Below, in pieces: positions 10,922 through 21,845 of a stretch of DNA of 64,000 nt (positions are counted from its first letter, which is position 1; the number at the start of each line of letters is the position of its first letter). The DNA comes from Nitrosopumilus sp. (lineage in GTDB: Archaea; Thermoproteota; Nitrososphaeria; Nitrososphaerales; Nitrosopumilaceae). Position numbers and translations under genes: made by a program. The stretch spans positions 2,368,001-2,432,000 of the forward strand of contig OZ243974.1 in the NCBI GenBank assembly GCA_965214775.1, written 5' to 3'. The notes under the pieces were generated by a model. That model made no database searches. It had not been told where the DNA came from and worked only from the letters and a program-made list of their open reading frames with translations.

Positions 10922-11247
10922 CTAGAATTACTTCTCCATCCTATACGACGACATATGGTGTGGTGGAAGGGACTTTACATTATTGCGGGTTTCATACGCG
11001 ATTCTTATGGCTGCTAGAAGGAATCTTGCAGAATACGGGTTTGCCGGCCCACCACTGCTGCCGCAGGGTCGAGGTGGCCTTTGGGGGGGGTTACATTTCC
11101 GTCTACTGTTGATCGGTACATCCTAAAGTAATCCTTTGCAACCCTCTTCAAATTAGTTGCGACCTAATTTTCGTACAATCGAAGTCTGCCGTTGAAGAAC
11201 AAAAGATAAAATTCTGTAGAACCAAGATCAGTTGGGGTTATAACATC

Positions 11248-11739
11248 TTGATTTGTGTAGAAATCATGTCATCAGACAGTGAAATTGTAATGGAAATCGA
11301 TGAAAGTTTTCTGATTGAAACAAATGAAAAAGTCCTCTTGAGAGAAAAAGAAAGAACCGGCAAAGTGGTCTATATCGAGACTGTTCCTCAAAATCTTGCC
11401 CGGGTATTGCCCAAAGTGAGCGAGTATGGCAATTCAGGAAACATAACAGAAGACCTGATTCAAAAGGCATCTGCCATAATGGCGGCGATTCCTTGGCTTC
11501 AGGCGTTCTTTGATGGCAATAGAAGAACTTCGATTGTTGCTGCAGGAACGTTTCTGCGTGATAATGGCTATGAACTGTGTATCAGCTCAGAAGAGGAAAA
11601 CACAGAACTGAGAAAGATGTTGAGTGAGATCAAGAAACACAGGCGTGGTCTTGAGCCGGCTATTATGCAGAAGTTGTCTTTATATATCTCAGAAAGGATG
11701 AACAAATATGAGTCCAAAACACGAAAAGATCACGGATGA
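11248..11739 (+). CDS. Fic/Doc-family protein with a non-canonical motif
   Basis: 'WLQAFFDGNRRTS' (Gln in place of the catalytic His). Confidence 0.8.
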   Translation: MICVEIMSSDSEIVMEIDESFLIETNEKVLLREKERTGKVVYIETVPQNLARVLPKVSEYGNSGNITEDLIQKASAIMAAIPWLQAFFDGNRRTSIVAAGTFLRDNGYELCISSEEENTELRKMLSEIKKHRRGLEPAIMQKLSLYISERMNKYESKTRKDHG

Positions 11740-11791
11740 ACTCATCGAAAAGTATTCTAAAATCTTGGATGACCTTGCTACTGACGACTAG
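11708..11791 (+). CDS. 27-aa putative antitoxin peptide MSPKHEKITDELIEKYSKILDDLATDD
   Basis: Overlaps the 3' end of the Fic gene; resembles the Doc-neutralising C-terminal helix. Confidence 0.55.
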   Translation: MSPKHEKITDELIEKYSKILDDLATDD

Positions 11792-12320
11792 TTTCTAAAA
11801 CTGCACATTCTCATTTCCGCACTGAAAGGTAGCAGGCAGGACTGGATGTTCAGTTCTGAATCTTGTTATTGCTGAATACCGATCAAGTGGAAGCAAGAGT
11901 TTACCCCTTACCTATTTGGTGAATTCTTTCTGACCACCCGATCTATAATCTTATCGGTAGATTTCTGGAAAAATTCTAGACAACGCCCATCTAAGTGAAA
12001 GGTACTAAAAAATCGAGTAAAAACACAAGATGTACAGGAGACACGCTACCTGAATATCAGGACAAAACAACAAACTTCACTTACTTTTCGCTTAGCTGCT
12101 GTTGGGGGTTGCCCATATTTGGGTCAGGCTGGCACCGCATCCATGTTACGCCTTCTGCAATCGTTTGATCCTCCCGTCCAGTACAGTCATCATGGTTCTG
12201 ATTTTTCATGTGGTGTTGTCCGATCTTGTCACGCAGGCAAGCAGATTCCGGCGATCCAATCACCGGAATTTGGTAAAAACCCCGGATCCATTTTATATAA
12301 TTACAGTTCGTATGAGGCAT

Positions 12321-12530
12321 ATGAGTAAAAAGGACGATTATAGCGTTCTAGTAGAGAAGGACGGGAAATTCTTTGTTGGTTACTGTTTGGAGATTCCGCA
12401 AGCTAGGGGCCAAGGAGACACAAAGCAGGAGGCAGTGACAGATACAAAAAAAGCAATCAGGCTGTGCAGATCATATCTTGAAGATAAAAAGAAGGATCTG
12501 GCATCAAAGTTAGTTACCGTGTCGCTTTGA
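12321..12530 (+). CDS. hicB: Short HicB-family antitoxin
   Basis: 'YSVLVEKDGKFFVGYCLEIPQARGQGDTKQEA'. Confidence 0.85.
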   Translation: MSKKDDYSVLVEKDGKFFVGYCLEIPQARGQGDTKQEAVTDTKKAIRLCRSYLEDKKKDLASKLVTVSL

Positions 12531-12741
12531 GCCTTCCTGTTGTCGGGTATTTGGAGATGCTCAAGGCATTGCGAAAAAGAGATTTTTTCCCGGTCAGGCA
12601 AACCGGAAGCCATATCATAGTTGAGGATGGCGGGGACTATGGGCTTCGATTCCCAGAAAAAAAGAGCTGGGCAGAGGACTGACATTGTCAATAATTTCTG
12701 ATTGCGGATTGACAAAAAAGGAGTTTCTTGCGTTGTTGTAG
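12527..12741 (+). pseudogene. hicA: HicA toxin, frameshifted
   Basis: TTG start in a TTGA overlap; 'PVRQTGSHI'; frameshift in the G-run at ~12632; 'IPRKKELGRGL…FLALL*'. Confidence 0.78.
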
Positions 12742-12765
12742 CGTAGAGCAAAAGTTCCTGAAGAT

Positions 12766-13870
12766 TATAGCAACGAGTATAAGTCTTTGAGCCAAAACAA
12801 GGTCATTCGAAAAGTATAATGATCACGTAACTGGCGCAGTATGTATGGCAAAAGAAACAGACATCCTGTCAGAGGCCATGCGCAAAGAAAAGGATGCCAA
12901 AGTCTACAAAAAGATCATGGCGTTGATGTTTGTGTCAGAGGACGACATAGGCGTGCCCGAGGCTGCAAGGAGTCGGTGCAGTGAGAATTCCGTGCGCAAC
13001 TGGCTGGCGAGGTTTTCGGAGGGCGGCATAGACGGTCTCCGGGATCTTCCACGCTCCGGACGCAGGCCAAGGGTGGACAGAAAAAAGATTGCCGCCATAA
13101 TGGATCTGTCCATTGAATACAACAGTACCGATGTCATGACGGTACGCGATGACATAAGGAATGCCACCGGGATAGAATACAGCATAGAGCATGTCCGAAG
13201 ACTGATGTGCCAGCACGGCCTGTCGCGCCGCAAGGTGCAAAACATACATGTCAACCATGCCGCCCCAAATCCGGCATACCCATGGCAGCGATACCTTGAA
13301 AACGTGCGGTTCCGCGCCTGAAAAAAGACGGTTTTACGCTGGTGTCATCTGATGAGGCATTCTTCGTGCAGGGCTCATACGACAGATGCGCATGGGATCC
13401 GGTCGGCACCAGAGGTGTGGCCTCGTATTCGGGGAACCGCACAAAGGTGGCCGTGTTTGGAAGCATCGCAGAAGACGGCAGGAGGCTGTTCGGGACGTTT
13501 ACGGGATCGCTTGCGTCGGTGCAGTTCATGGAATGTCCGGGGCGCTGCGCGCCAAGTCTGGCAGGGTTGCAGTCTTTTGCGACAGGTGGAGCGTGCACAG
13601 ATCTGCTGCCGTCGCAGAATATCTGGCGGGCCATCCCGACGTCAGGCTGATAATGCTCCCAAAGGGATCGCCGTACCTCAATGTCGTGGAAGAATGCTGG
13701 AACCTGGGCAAGCCTATCGTTTTCAGTGGGATAGTGTACAGAAAGATCAGCGAATTGCGGCATGCTATATCCGAATATTACAGGACGGCGTCGCTTGCCC
13801 GCCTTTGCATGTACAGGTACATTTACAGATCGCCGGTCAAGGCCCTCAATTACTTGTGACCGTTGCTATA
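12766..13870 (+). mobile_element. IS630-family element with a frameshifted transposase
   Basis: TA-TAGCAACG…CGTTGCTA-TA; HTH 'GIDGLRDLPRSGR', 'DEA', 'LPKGSPYLNVVEECW' spread over three frames. Confidence 0.9.
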
Positions 13871-13918
13871 ACACAATGAGATCATCGATTTTTATTTTCT
13901 CTACATCAGACATGCTGT

Positions 13919-14036
13919 GTAACAGGATAGCCCCTGCCTAGGTAGCAATCAGGCACGAATCTGCCTGCAGCTGTGATTTTCATGCCTGATCTGCAAGGGA
14001 CGTAATTCCAACTCTAGGCAGGGGCTATCCTGTTAC
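13919..14036. mobile_element. IS66-type MITE, family GTAA(T/C)AGG
   Basis: 22-bp TIR; near-TSD CATGCTGT/CATGCTGC. Confidence 0.88.
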
Positions 14037-14570
14037 CATGCTGCCTACTCACCAATTCCTTGTCTTTCGTAGCAACGCCTGTCGTAATAGGTTTTGTTGT
14101 TGATCCAGAGAGTTAATTCGAAATTAGCAAACTCTGATCATTTGTGAACGAATTTGCATGAGACAGCTCAAAATATCAACAAAATACAAGCTATCTGTGA
14201 ATTCGCGTGAAAAATTCGCATGGTTTCTAATTTCGGATCACCTCTCTGCAAGGGTGATCTGGCACATGCTGACCGACGAGACGGAATACAGCACGCAGGA
14301 CAAGGAGCTCACGCAGAGAAAGCGTAAGGCGATGGAATGCCTGGCAGATGCGTCTGACTGAGAAACGCACACTCGCAGCGGCCCGTGCAGGGAACCGGAA
14401 TAATTTGATATGGGAGTTTACCCCCTAGGCGACACTGCTGGCCGGAGCCTTCATGATCACGCCTGCCACGCCGTATCTTGGGGGAGGGGCAAACTCTTAC
14501 CTAATTTCCATATGAAACATTCATAGACCCGATCTGTTACAATTAAATACTAATTTTATGTGTGGCAAGT

Positions 14571-14672
14571 ATGGTAAAAGGTGAGAAGATTCATCAAGAA
14601 AAATTAAGAGAAATCGCCATTAGAACCATAGACAAGAACAAGGCAGTATTTGAAAGACTGGCTGAAATTTAA
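14571..14672 (+). CDS. 33-aa putative antitoxin peptide (…IDKNKAVFERLAEI)
   Basis: TAATG coupling to the doc start; Phd-like C-terminal helix. Confidence 0.7.
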   Translation: MVKGEKIHQEKLREIAIRTIDKNKAVFERLAEI

Positions 14673-15298
14673 TGAAACAGTTATCCCAAGAAGACTTGTT
14701 ACAACTTCACACTATTGTTGAAGAGCATTTTAATGTATTTCGAGGTGTGAAAGATAAAGGGTTACTTTCATCTATTGCAGATAGACCAACTCAACAAATC
14801 GGTTCGTTGATGCCATATGACAATATCTTCAAGCAAGCAGCTAGTCTAATGGAAGGAATTATTAGAATGCATCCGTTCTATGATGGAAATAAAAGAACCG
14901 GCTTACTTGCAGCTATATGTTACTTGGAAATTAATGGATTTTCTACAATAATCCCTTTGGATTCTGTTAGATTTACTGTTTTAATTGCAAAGAACCAAGA
15001 TAACGATTCCGAATCAAATAAGGAATTAATTAACGAAATCTCAAAATGGCTTAGAAGACATTCATCCAAATCAAATAGCAGAATGTTAAATTTTAAAGAA
15101 TTATGGTATGTTAAACTTCCAGTAGCTGGACTATTGTATCTAGCACAATATGGTCGAATGACTAAATATGTTCATTCCATAATTTCTGAATGGTTGGCAT
15201 TTGATATTTATCCCGAATATGCAAAAGAGGTAAAAGAAATCGTGGAGTTTATTCAAGAATTACTAGAAAAGAAAAGTGTTTGGGATTTAAAGAAATAA
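14672..15298 (+). CDS. doc: Doc/Fic toxin with a C-terminal extension
   Basis: 'HPFYDGNKRTG'. Confidence 0.88.
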   Translation: MKQLSQEDLLQLHTIVEEHFNVFRGVKDKGLLSSIADRPTQQIGSLMPYDNIFKQAASLMEGIIRMHPFYDGNKRTGLLAAICYLEINGFSTIIPLDSVRFTVLIAKNQDNDSESNKELINEISKWLRRHSSKSNSRMLNFKELWYVKLPVAGLLYLAQYGRMTKYVHSIISEWLAFDIYPEYAKEVKEIVEFIQELLEKKSVWDLKK

Positions 15299-15499
15299 AA
15301 TGATGTGAAACTAATTTCTAGCAGATTTAGATATCTGTCATAACCCATCAAACACTAATGAATCATGTATCTTTGTGACAGTTCGTGTTTGTGAAGTGAT
15401 TTGTGATTCTAGGCATGATTTACATCCAAGACATCCTGTATTTTGGAATCAAAACCACGCCTGAGCTTCAGAATCACGAGCTGTTATGATTGAGGAATA

Positions 15500-15660
15500 C
15501 GGGCACCAGTCAAAGAGGGACATGCTTGGTCTCCGAGTACTATTCCGCGCTTGAGGCGATGAGGCGCGCGCTGTCAGAATATCTGAGAACGTCCAGCACT
15601 CAGCTTGATGTCAGAAGGTTCATCCGAAGGGGATCGATTTTATTCACGAACTTGTGATCG
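15500..15660 (+). pseudogene. IS630-like transposase C-terminal remnant
   Basis: '…EAMRRALSEYLRTSSTQLDVRRFI' parallels the end of the transposase at 13386-13859. Confidence 0.45.
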
Positions 15661-15713
15661 GCAGTATGCAAATTACTGCAAATTCGTGCCTAGTTGCTTA
15701 AGATGAGGTGACC

Positions 15714-15843
15714 GGGGTTGTTTCCTAATTCCACTTGCCTGATTCAATCTGTATGTTTTTCTGAATTTTCGCCCTTTTGCACGCCTGATCCATGTGGTAT
15801 CTCAACGGTTTTCAGGAATTCTGACGAATTAGGAAACAACCTC
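15714..15843. mobile_element. MITE derived from the IS at 28620-30594
   Basis: TIR GGGGTTGTTTCCTAATTC; 9-bp TSD GAGGTGACC; second copy at ~16501-16628. Confidence 0.88.
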
Positions 15844-16010
15844 GAGGTGACCTCTGCCCTCTCTTTGTCTGTGGGGGACAGGGGCAAGATTGCTACTTTC
15901 GTTTACGCATAAAATCTAGTAATGACTTCTTACCGCTTGCCATATTGAAGACATCAAAAATAAAAAAATTAGGAAAGGGGTTTTGAAAGCACCCCGGTAG
16001 CTTCCTGTCG

Positions 16011-16382
16011 TTATCGGTGTATGCGGCGCCGCCGTGGTGCCGCATATTTGCCTATGTTCGTATGTGCTATGATCTTGCCATTGATGATGTTTTTCTTGTA
16101 TTTGAGGGCGTGACACAGACCGTATGCGACCAGGAATTCAAACGGCTCGCCGTGTACTCTTACATAGTACATGTTGTACGTCATCATGTGATACCCATAG
16201 CAGAGGTATGGCCCAAACGTAATCGTACACTCCGTCGTCCTGCTCTTGGTTTCCTCACCGGTGCGAAAGAGAACGTTGTCTGGCTGCGAAAGGTCGCCTG
16301 GCATCCTAGCATCGGGGAGTGTCCCCCTATCTGTGACATTGATGTCACATCCGTCCAAAAACTCTTGGAATTCTTCATTCAT
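16011..16382 (-). pseudogene. Truncated paralog of 20938-21441
   Basis: High identity up to 'IIAHTNI', then diverges and stops. Confidence 0.7.
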
Positions 16383-16758
16383 ACCGCAAATCTGGCACTT
16401 TTATTTATTATCTGTTTTTTTAAAGATGCCGATGGTTATAATATATGAAGAGTAGGTCCACTAGTCATCTATGTCCTTCTACATTTTAGGTCTTTTTTCC
16501 GGGATTGTTTCCTAATTCCACCTGCCTGACTCAGTCTATGTTTTTCTGAATTTTTGCCCTTTTGCACGCTTTATCCGTGTGGCATCTCAACGGTTTTCAG
16601 GAATTCTGGCGAATTAGGAAACAACTCCAGTAATAGAAGGATGGCCCATGCCTAGGCAGCAATCAGGTGTATGTTTGACTGCAGCTGTGATTTTCATGCC
16701 TGTCCGGCAGTGGATCATGACTTCAATCTAACTAGGGGTTATCCTATTACATTTAAAG

Positions 16759-19410
16759 TCAAAACAAGGAGAAAAAGTCCAACGCATCCTGCTTTGACAA
16801 CTCTTTGTTCTTGGTTTGGCAGTAACTTGTGACAAACGTGCATTTGGGACATCCTCCCCATTGCTCACCATGCTTTACCTGCTGTCTCTGCTTTGAATCC
16901 ACAGGACACCTGCAATCAGACAGCAGGGAACGGCAGGTATCCAGAATCTTTTCAAATTCCTCAAAGACAATCTTGCTGCACCCGTTAAATCCATCTGACG
17001 AATTATCATACAGATAGATTACGCCATTTTCATAAAACGAATCAATGTCGTTTGATTCGGATTTCGTAATAATTTTTGCGGCATTAAGCAACACATGTGT
17101 TATGGTGTGTATTCCGGGATCTGATGCAATCTGGCTTTTAGAGGATGATTCAGACGTCAAAACAAACCCGGGAGGGACGGTAATGCCTACTGAGTAATGC
17201 TTTGACTTCCAGTTAAAATTTCTCCACGAGGGAATTGCATCTCCATTAAAGGTTTGGAAATTGTCAGTGGAATCGTTATAGTTCCCCTTCATGTAGCCAG
17301 TAATGATCCTGCTCAGCTCGACAAGCCCATACCTTAGAGAAATACTAGTCGATTTTTTAGAGATGCTTCTGCGAGCTGCATCCCTTTCGGATGTTTGAAG
17401 CATTGATGTTCTGACAATGGGCATCGTTCTTTTTTGCCCCTCGTACGATCTTTTCAGATAGGCTCTTGCACCGCCCTGTGATTTTATCAGGGAGGTTACC
17501 TCGTAGTTTTGCTTGTTGAAATGATAAATTGCATTTTGATGTAATTGATAGTACCCTACTGGAACATCGCGGGTGCCGATTTTTTTGGAATTAAAATAAA
17601 TTACAATCTCGCCTGAAGAGCCACGAAGGTTCACACTGCTTGCAAAATCAAAGAATCGGGACTTGTCATATTCGGCAGCTGATTCCTTTTCCACCCTGAC
17701 TGATTCGGCATGCCTGTCTGCAATGATTGTGTTTTTCTTGTTAATCGGTATCACGTGACTCTGAGTCAAATAATCATCAATGTGGCGCGCAAAATAGTGA
17801 CAGGAGGCATCATCTGGATCAAAAACGCAGATTGCATAGGATTTCTGGCCCATTCTGCCTGCACGACCAATCCTCTGCACAAAGGAATCAAACTCGTTTT
17901 TGAATGCAGAGATCACCACATCCACACGGCCAATGTCGATGCCCAGCTCCAATGTCGGAGTGCATGATAAAGCGTCTAGCTCGCCTGCCTTCATCTGAGA
18001 CTCGTACAGTTTTCTACTGCTCTGATCAAGGCCCCCGCGATGAACCTGGATGTGCATTCCGTTATTTGCAGATTCTACGTTTGATGCCAGGAATTCCGAA
18101 TCGTTGTGGGAGTTGCTGAAAATCAACTGTGTCGATTTATTCCTGTGACAGATGGATGCCAGCATCTCCATGGTGGTTCGCTGGCCAAACTTTCTTGGCA
18201 TGATAAAGAACATCTCCATGTTTCTTTTCCGCCCGGTTTTGCTCTTGATGTACGAAAAAGACTCCTGAGGCAGATCAAACATGTCTGAGAAAAATTCCAG
18301 GGAGTTATCCAGGGTTGCAGAAGATCCGACAAACTGGACGTCTTTCATGTAGCGTCTCATCCTCTTTAGAACGTGATACACGTTTGATCCGTGAAAACTG
18401 GTATACGAATGCGCCTCATCCATCACGATGATTTTTGCGTTTTTGAACAGTATGTTCCATTTTTTGTCTTGTAAAATCAGGTGGTAATTGATAAAATCAA
18501 AGTTTGTTGCAATAATTAACGACTTTTTAGAGGCATCTGAAATTATCATGTCTTTGTATTGGGAACTTTGTCCGCCGTGAATGGAATAGACGCCCACCCT
18601 GTCCTTCAAATCACACTTGTCTATCAGGTCTGATATTTTTGATACCTGGTCATCAATGAGTGCGTTTAGGGGGTATACAAACAGGGCAAACACCCCGGGC
18701 TCGGACTCTTGCAAAACTTTCTCTAAAATCGGTATGCCAAAGGCTTCAGTTTTCCCTGAACCGGTGGGCGCAGAGATGATGGAGTTTTTTCCGTCTAGAA
18801 TGGAGCGGACAGACTCGTCTTGGAAGGGCAGCAGTCCCGAAAAACCATACTTTTTAATTCCGTCTAGAATTTTTTGAGACAAGACATCGTTTAGGGATTC
18901 AACTGGAATTTTTTCAGGTTCGGGAGATGTCATGTTCTCATAATGGACTATCCCCAGGGATTTCTCTTTGTGGCCCTGAATAATCTCATGGACTATCAAA
19001 TCATCCTCGATGAGATGTTTTGGGATTTTCTTGATGTCAAATAAAATTTCTTCAGGTATCGGGATTTTTGATTCCGGCTTTTCTTTTTTCTCAGAGTGTT
19101 TTTCTGTCTCATCGGCAGGATGACGGGCATCCGTTGGTTCGGCCGGACCGCCGCATCGATGCGGCTCGTCGGTTCTGGAGTCAATTGGAATGAACTTGCC
19201 GCTGTCAGACTTGAACGAGTCGTCCCAATAGATCTCAGCGCCGCAACCCCTGGAGCAGGGTTTTGTTTTTCCAGAGCGGTTTGTTCCAAACGTCGGTCCT
19301 TTTGGGGTGATCATCTCGGGATTGCATATGGGGCATATTCCTGGACCCCCGACATCCTGAAGGTTTTGGGAGAGTCTTGTGTCACAAACAGTGCAGAATT
19401 TCATGAACAA
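16759..19410 (-). CDS. DEAH-box helicase with N-terminal Zn ribbons and a C-terminal 4-Cys domain (Hrq1/SftH/YprA, DUF1998-like)
   Basis: 'APTGSGKT', 'DEAH', 'SAT', 'LELGIDIG', 'QRIGRAGR', 'CRC…GCPKC…C'. Confidence 0.9.
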   Translation of the reverse strand: MFMKFCTVCDTRLSQNLQDVGGPGICPICNPEMITPKGPTFGTNRSGKTKPCSRGCGAEIYWDDSFKSDSGKFIPIDSRTDEPHRCGGPAEPTDARHPADETEKHSEKKEKPESKIPIPEEILFDIKKIPKHLIEDDLIVHEIIQGHKEKSLGIVHYENMTSPEPEKIPVESLNDVLSQKILDGIKKYGFSGLLPFQDESVRSILDGKNSIISAPTGSGKTEAFGIPILEKVLQESEPGVFALFVYPLNALIDDQVSKISDLIDKCDLKDRVGVYSIHGGQSSQYKDMIISDASKKSLIIATNFDFINYHLILQDKKWNILFKNAKIIVMDEAHSYTSFHGSNVYHVLKRMRRYMKDVQFVGSSATLDNSLEFFSDMFDLPQESFSYIKSKTGRKRNMEMFFIMPRKFGQRTTMEMLASICHRNKSTQLIFSNSHNDSEFLASNVESANNGMHIQVHRGGLDQSSRKLYESQMKAGELDALSCTPTLELGIDIGRVDVVISAFKNEFDSFVQRIGRAGRMGQKSYAICVFDPDDASCHYFARHIDDYLTQSHVIPINKKNTIIADRHAESVRVEKESAAEYDKSRFFDFASSVNLRGSSGEIVIYFNSKKIGTRDVPVGYYQLHQNAIYHFNKQNYEVTSLIKSQGGARAYLKRSYEGQKRTMPIVRTSMLQTSERDAARRSISKKSTSISLRYGLVELSRIITGYMKGNYNDSTDNFQTFNGDAIPSWRNFNWKSKHYSVGITVPPGFVLTSESSSKSQIASDPGIHTITHVLLNAAKIITKSESNDIDSFYENGVIYLYDNSSDGFNGCSKIVFEEFEKILDTCRSLLSDCRCPVDSKQRQQVKHGEQWGGCPKCTFVTSYCQTKNKELSKQDALDFFSLF

Positions 19411-19569
19411 TTACGGGGAACGGCGACCATTAATGAAGGTATGAAAAATCTGTTCTTTATGTCAGATCAAGACAGAATCAGCTTGTAACATGCCGGGTTC
19501 TGGAAGATCGGGCATGGATTTTTTTGTCATTGATGAATGCCGATCAAGATGGAACTTGTCAAAAACAAT

Positions 19570-19780
19570 GTTATTGCCAGTTGAGCGGCTCATACAATTC
19601 CAAGAGACACGGCAAAGAAATGTGGTTCATTTTACACGCAGGTTCAAAAACGAGATCAGCATGAACGATAGCGTGTTTTCTGAGTCTAATATGGGAGAAG
19701 CAGTGGCTGGAAATGACCAAGCGACCGGCGCAAGCAACAGCAGCAGCAGCAGCACGATACTTCCGGTACCGTTTTGCAAG
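19570..19780 (+). pseudogene. Internal fragment of a second abiEii
   Basis: 'NVVHFTRRFKNEISMNDSVFSESNMGEA' versus 'NIIHFTCKFKNEINMDDSVFLEFNMGEA' in 8100-8909. Confidence 0.75.
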
Positions 19781-19799
19781 CCGGCAGAAACGGTCTTGG

Positions 19800-20738
19800 T
19801 CAATCCTTGCCCATCGCAGTATATTTTCCAGAACGTGCCCTGAAGAAGAATACCGCAGCAGTTGCGCCAAATGTGATGACTGTAGCTGTGAACGCAGTGA
19901 ACACATACCACGAGTCAAAGAAAAAAGGAGCGTTTGGATCATGATCCCTGTCCATATAGGTGTCCCCGACTCGGCTATGCTGTATCTTCAGGGCCTCCTC
20001 CAGAGTGTTTTTGCCTGTCTCTCCGGTGTCTGGAACGTCCCCGAAATATGGTGCCGCATAAGCGACCCACGGCAATCCCATGCTGCCCAATACCACATCG
20101 GCGCATGGCCACGCCCACACCTCGTCGTGAAACTCGGATCGCGGGCAATAGTACTCGTTTATCCAGCCCAGCCCAAACTCCACCATCAGCTGGTTGAGTG
20201 ATGCGCCAGAGCAGTACACGACTGCAACCGTCCTGCCATACACGTCTACTGGCTGCATGTCATCAACGTCGTGATATGCCGGCAAACCAGCAGGGCACAG
20301 GATTCTGGCAAGGACGGCATGTGGGGCCTCCGTGTCCCCGCTGTTCTCTACGTCAACCAGCGACAGCCTTATTCTCGTGTTGTCTATGTGCACCGTGTTG
20401 CCGTCTATGACGCGCACCATCGTTCCCCTGGTCATCTTCTCTGGATTGTCAGCCTCTAGGGAATCTGTACTGCCGAAATCCATAATGCCTTTGTCCATCA
20501 GGTATGCCAGCGCCACGTCAAATTCGGCAGCGGTGATATTGCCATTATCAAACAACAGGGCAAGGTTGCGGACCCATGCGGGAACGTATTCTGAGTCCGG
20601 CTGCTGTGCAAGTGCCGGCGCCGAGGCAGAAAACAGGAATGTTAATAGAAACAGGGATGCAAAAAGGGTGCAGACGGCAACAGCATGCCTCCTGCCGACT
20701 ACCGTACTGGAACCTTGTCTGTCTGCACGGGCATTCAT
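19800..20738 (-). CDS. Secreted, membrane-anchored thermonuclease (SNase-like)
   Basis: Signal peptide, 'VPAWVRN' motif, 'VRVIDGNTV…IRLSLVD', 'DVYGRTVAVVY', C-terminal TM helix. Confidence 0.8.
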   Translation of the reverse strand: MNARADRQGSSTVVGRRHAVAVCTLFASLFLLTFLFSASAPALAQQPDSEYVPAWVRNLALLFDNGNITAAEFDVALAYLMDKGIMDFGSTDSLEADNPEKMTRGTMVRVIDGNTVHIDNTRIRLSLVDVENSGDTEAPHAVLARILCPAGLPAYHDVDDMQPVDVYGRTVAVVYCSGASLNQLMVEFGLGWINEYYCPRSEFHDEVWAWPCADVVLGSMGLPWVAYAAPYFGDVPDTGETGKNTLEEALKIQHSRVGDTYMDRDHDPNAPFFFDSWYVFTAFTATVITFGATAAVFFFRARSGKYTAMGKD

Positions 20739-20937
20739 GTGTATTATTGTGCCTGACAAGATAATATGTGTAGTGTTCCAAACGCACGTCTGGTGGATTG
20801 CGGCCTGGTCGTAGATGTGTTTCGGGCGGGAATGCTTGTACAAAGTGGATCGGGTGCGCACGTATGTGACCGATAATGCACATATCGTGTTGTGAAAGTC
20901 GTTTTCGATGATCTTATACACAAAACCGGATTTTTGC

Positions 20938-21441
20938 CTAGGTACTGGCCGTGATATTGGAATCGATGAACTCTTTGGCAATCTTTGTGAACTCTTTCTC
21001 GTACATCATGACTGCCTTTGGATCGTTCAGACGCAGGGACATTATGAAATCATTCAGTCTTTTGCCGTTTACCACGTCAAAGCTGATGTACTTGCTTCCA
21101 TCTTTCTCATCTATGTTTGTATATGCTATGATCTTGCCATTGGTGATGTTTTTCTTGCATTTGAGGGCGTGACACAGACCATATGCGACCAGGAAATCAA
21201 ACGGTCTGCCATGCGCACTGACATAGTATGTGTCAGGCATCATCATGTGATATCCCTGACAGGAGTATGGCCCAAACGTGATCGTACAGTTCGTCGTCTT
21301 GACCTCGGTTTCCTCACCGGTGCGGAAAAGGATGTTATCTGGCTGCGAAACGTCGCCTGGCATCCTGGTGTTTGGCATTGTCCCTCTTTTTGTAACCTTG
21401 ATGCCACATTCATCCAAAAACATCTGGAATTTTTGATCCAT
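20938..21441 (-). CDS. Hypothetical protein (duplicated family)
   Basis: 167-aa ORF with a paralog at 16011-16382. Confidence 0.75.
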   Translation of the reverse strand: MDQKFQMFLDECGIKVTKRGTMPNTRMPGDVSQPDNILFRTGEETEVKTTNCTITFGPYSCQGYHMMMPDTYYVSAHGRPFDFLVAYGLCHALKCKKNITNGKIIAYTNIDEKDGSKYISFDVVNGKRLNDFIMSLRLNDPKAVMMYEKEFTKIAKEFIDSNITAST

Positions 21442-21845
21442 CCTGCCAATCCAGTACTTTTTTAATTTTATATCTGTTTTTTATTAGACGTAATCGTGGA
21501 ATACGGCATGTCTGCTAGGATGCCTTTACAAAGCCGGTTAATCCGTTCTGTCATGAGGAATGATCCGAAATCAGACCGCGCAAGTTTTTCAAATGATCTC
21601 ACAGTCGATCCGTGTTTTGCCGGTATTCATTCTGCACCATCTGTCCTGTGCAATCACCCACATATAATCAGAGCCTGCCAATTTCGAATCAGATACGCGT
21701 TTGGATTTTTGTCTGCTTGATGAAAACCACGGAGCCGCACCGCAGTTGAACTGTCTGCGTCTGCCAGTGTTGTCAGGACTCTGACCTCCTTGGCTTTCTG
21801 CATGACCGGGGTACTTTTCACTTGGACGTATATGCAAAACTGCAT

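Noticed and set aside
10877-10975. ~28-bp direct repeat GACGACATATGGTGTGGTGGAAGGGACT
   Set aside because: Local duplication inside a dead transposase
16759-19410. Helicase as DISARM DrmB or Druantia
   Set aside because: No partner genes of those systems nearby; a repair-type Hrq1/SftH role is equally likely
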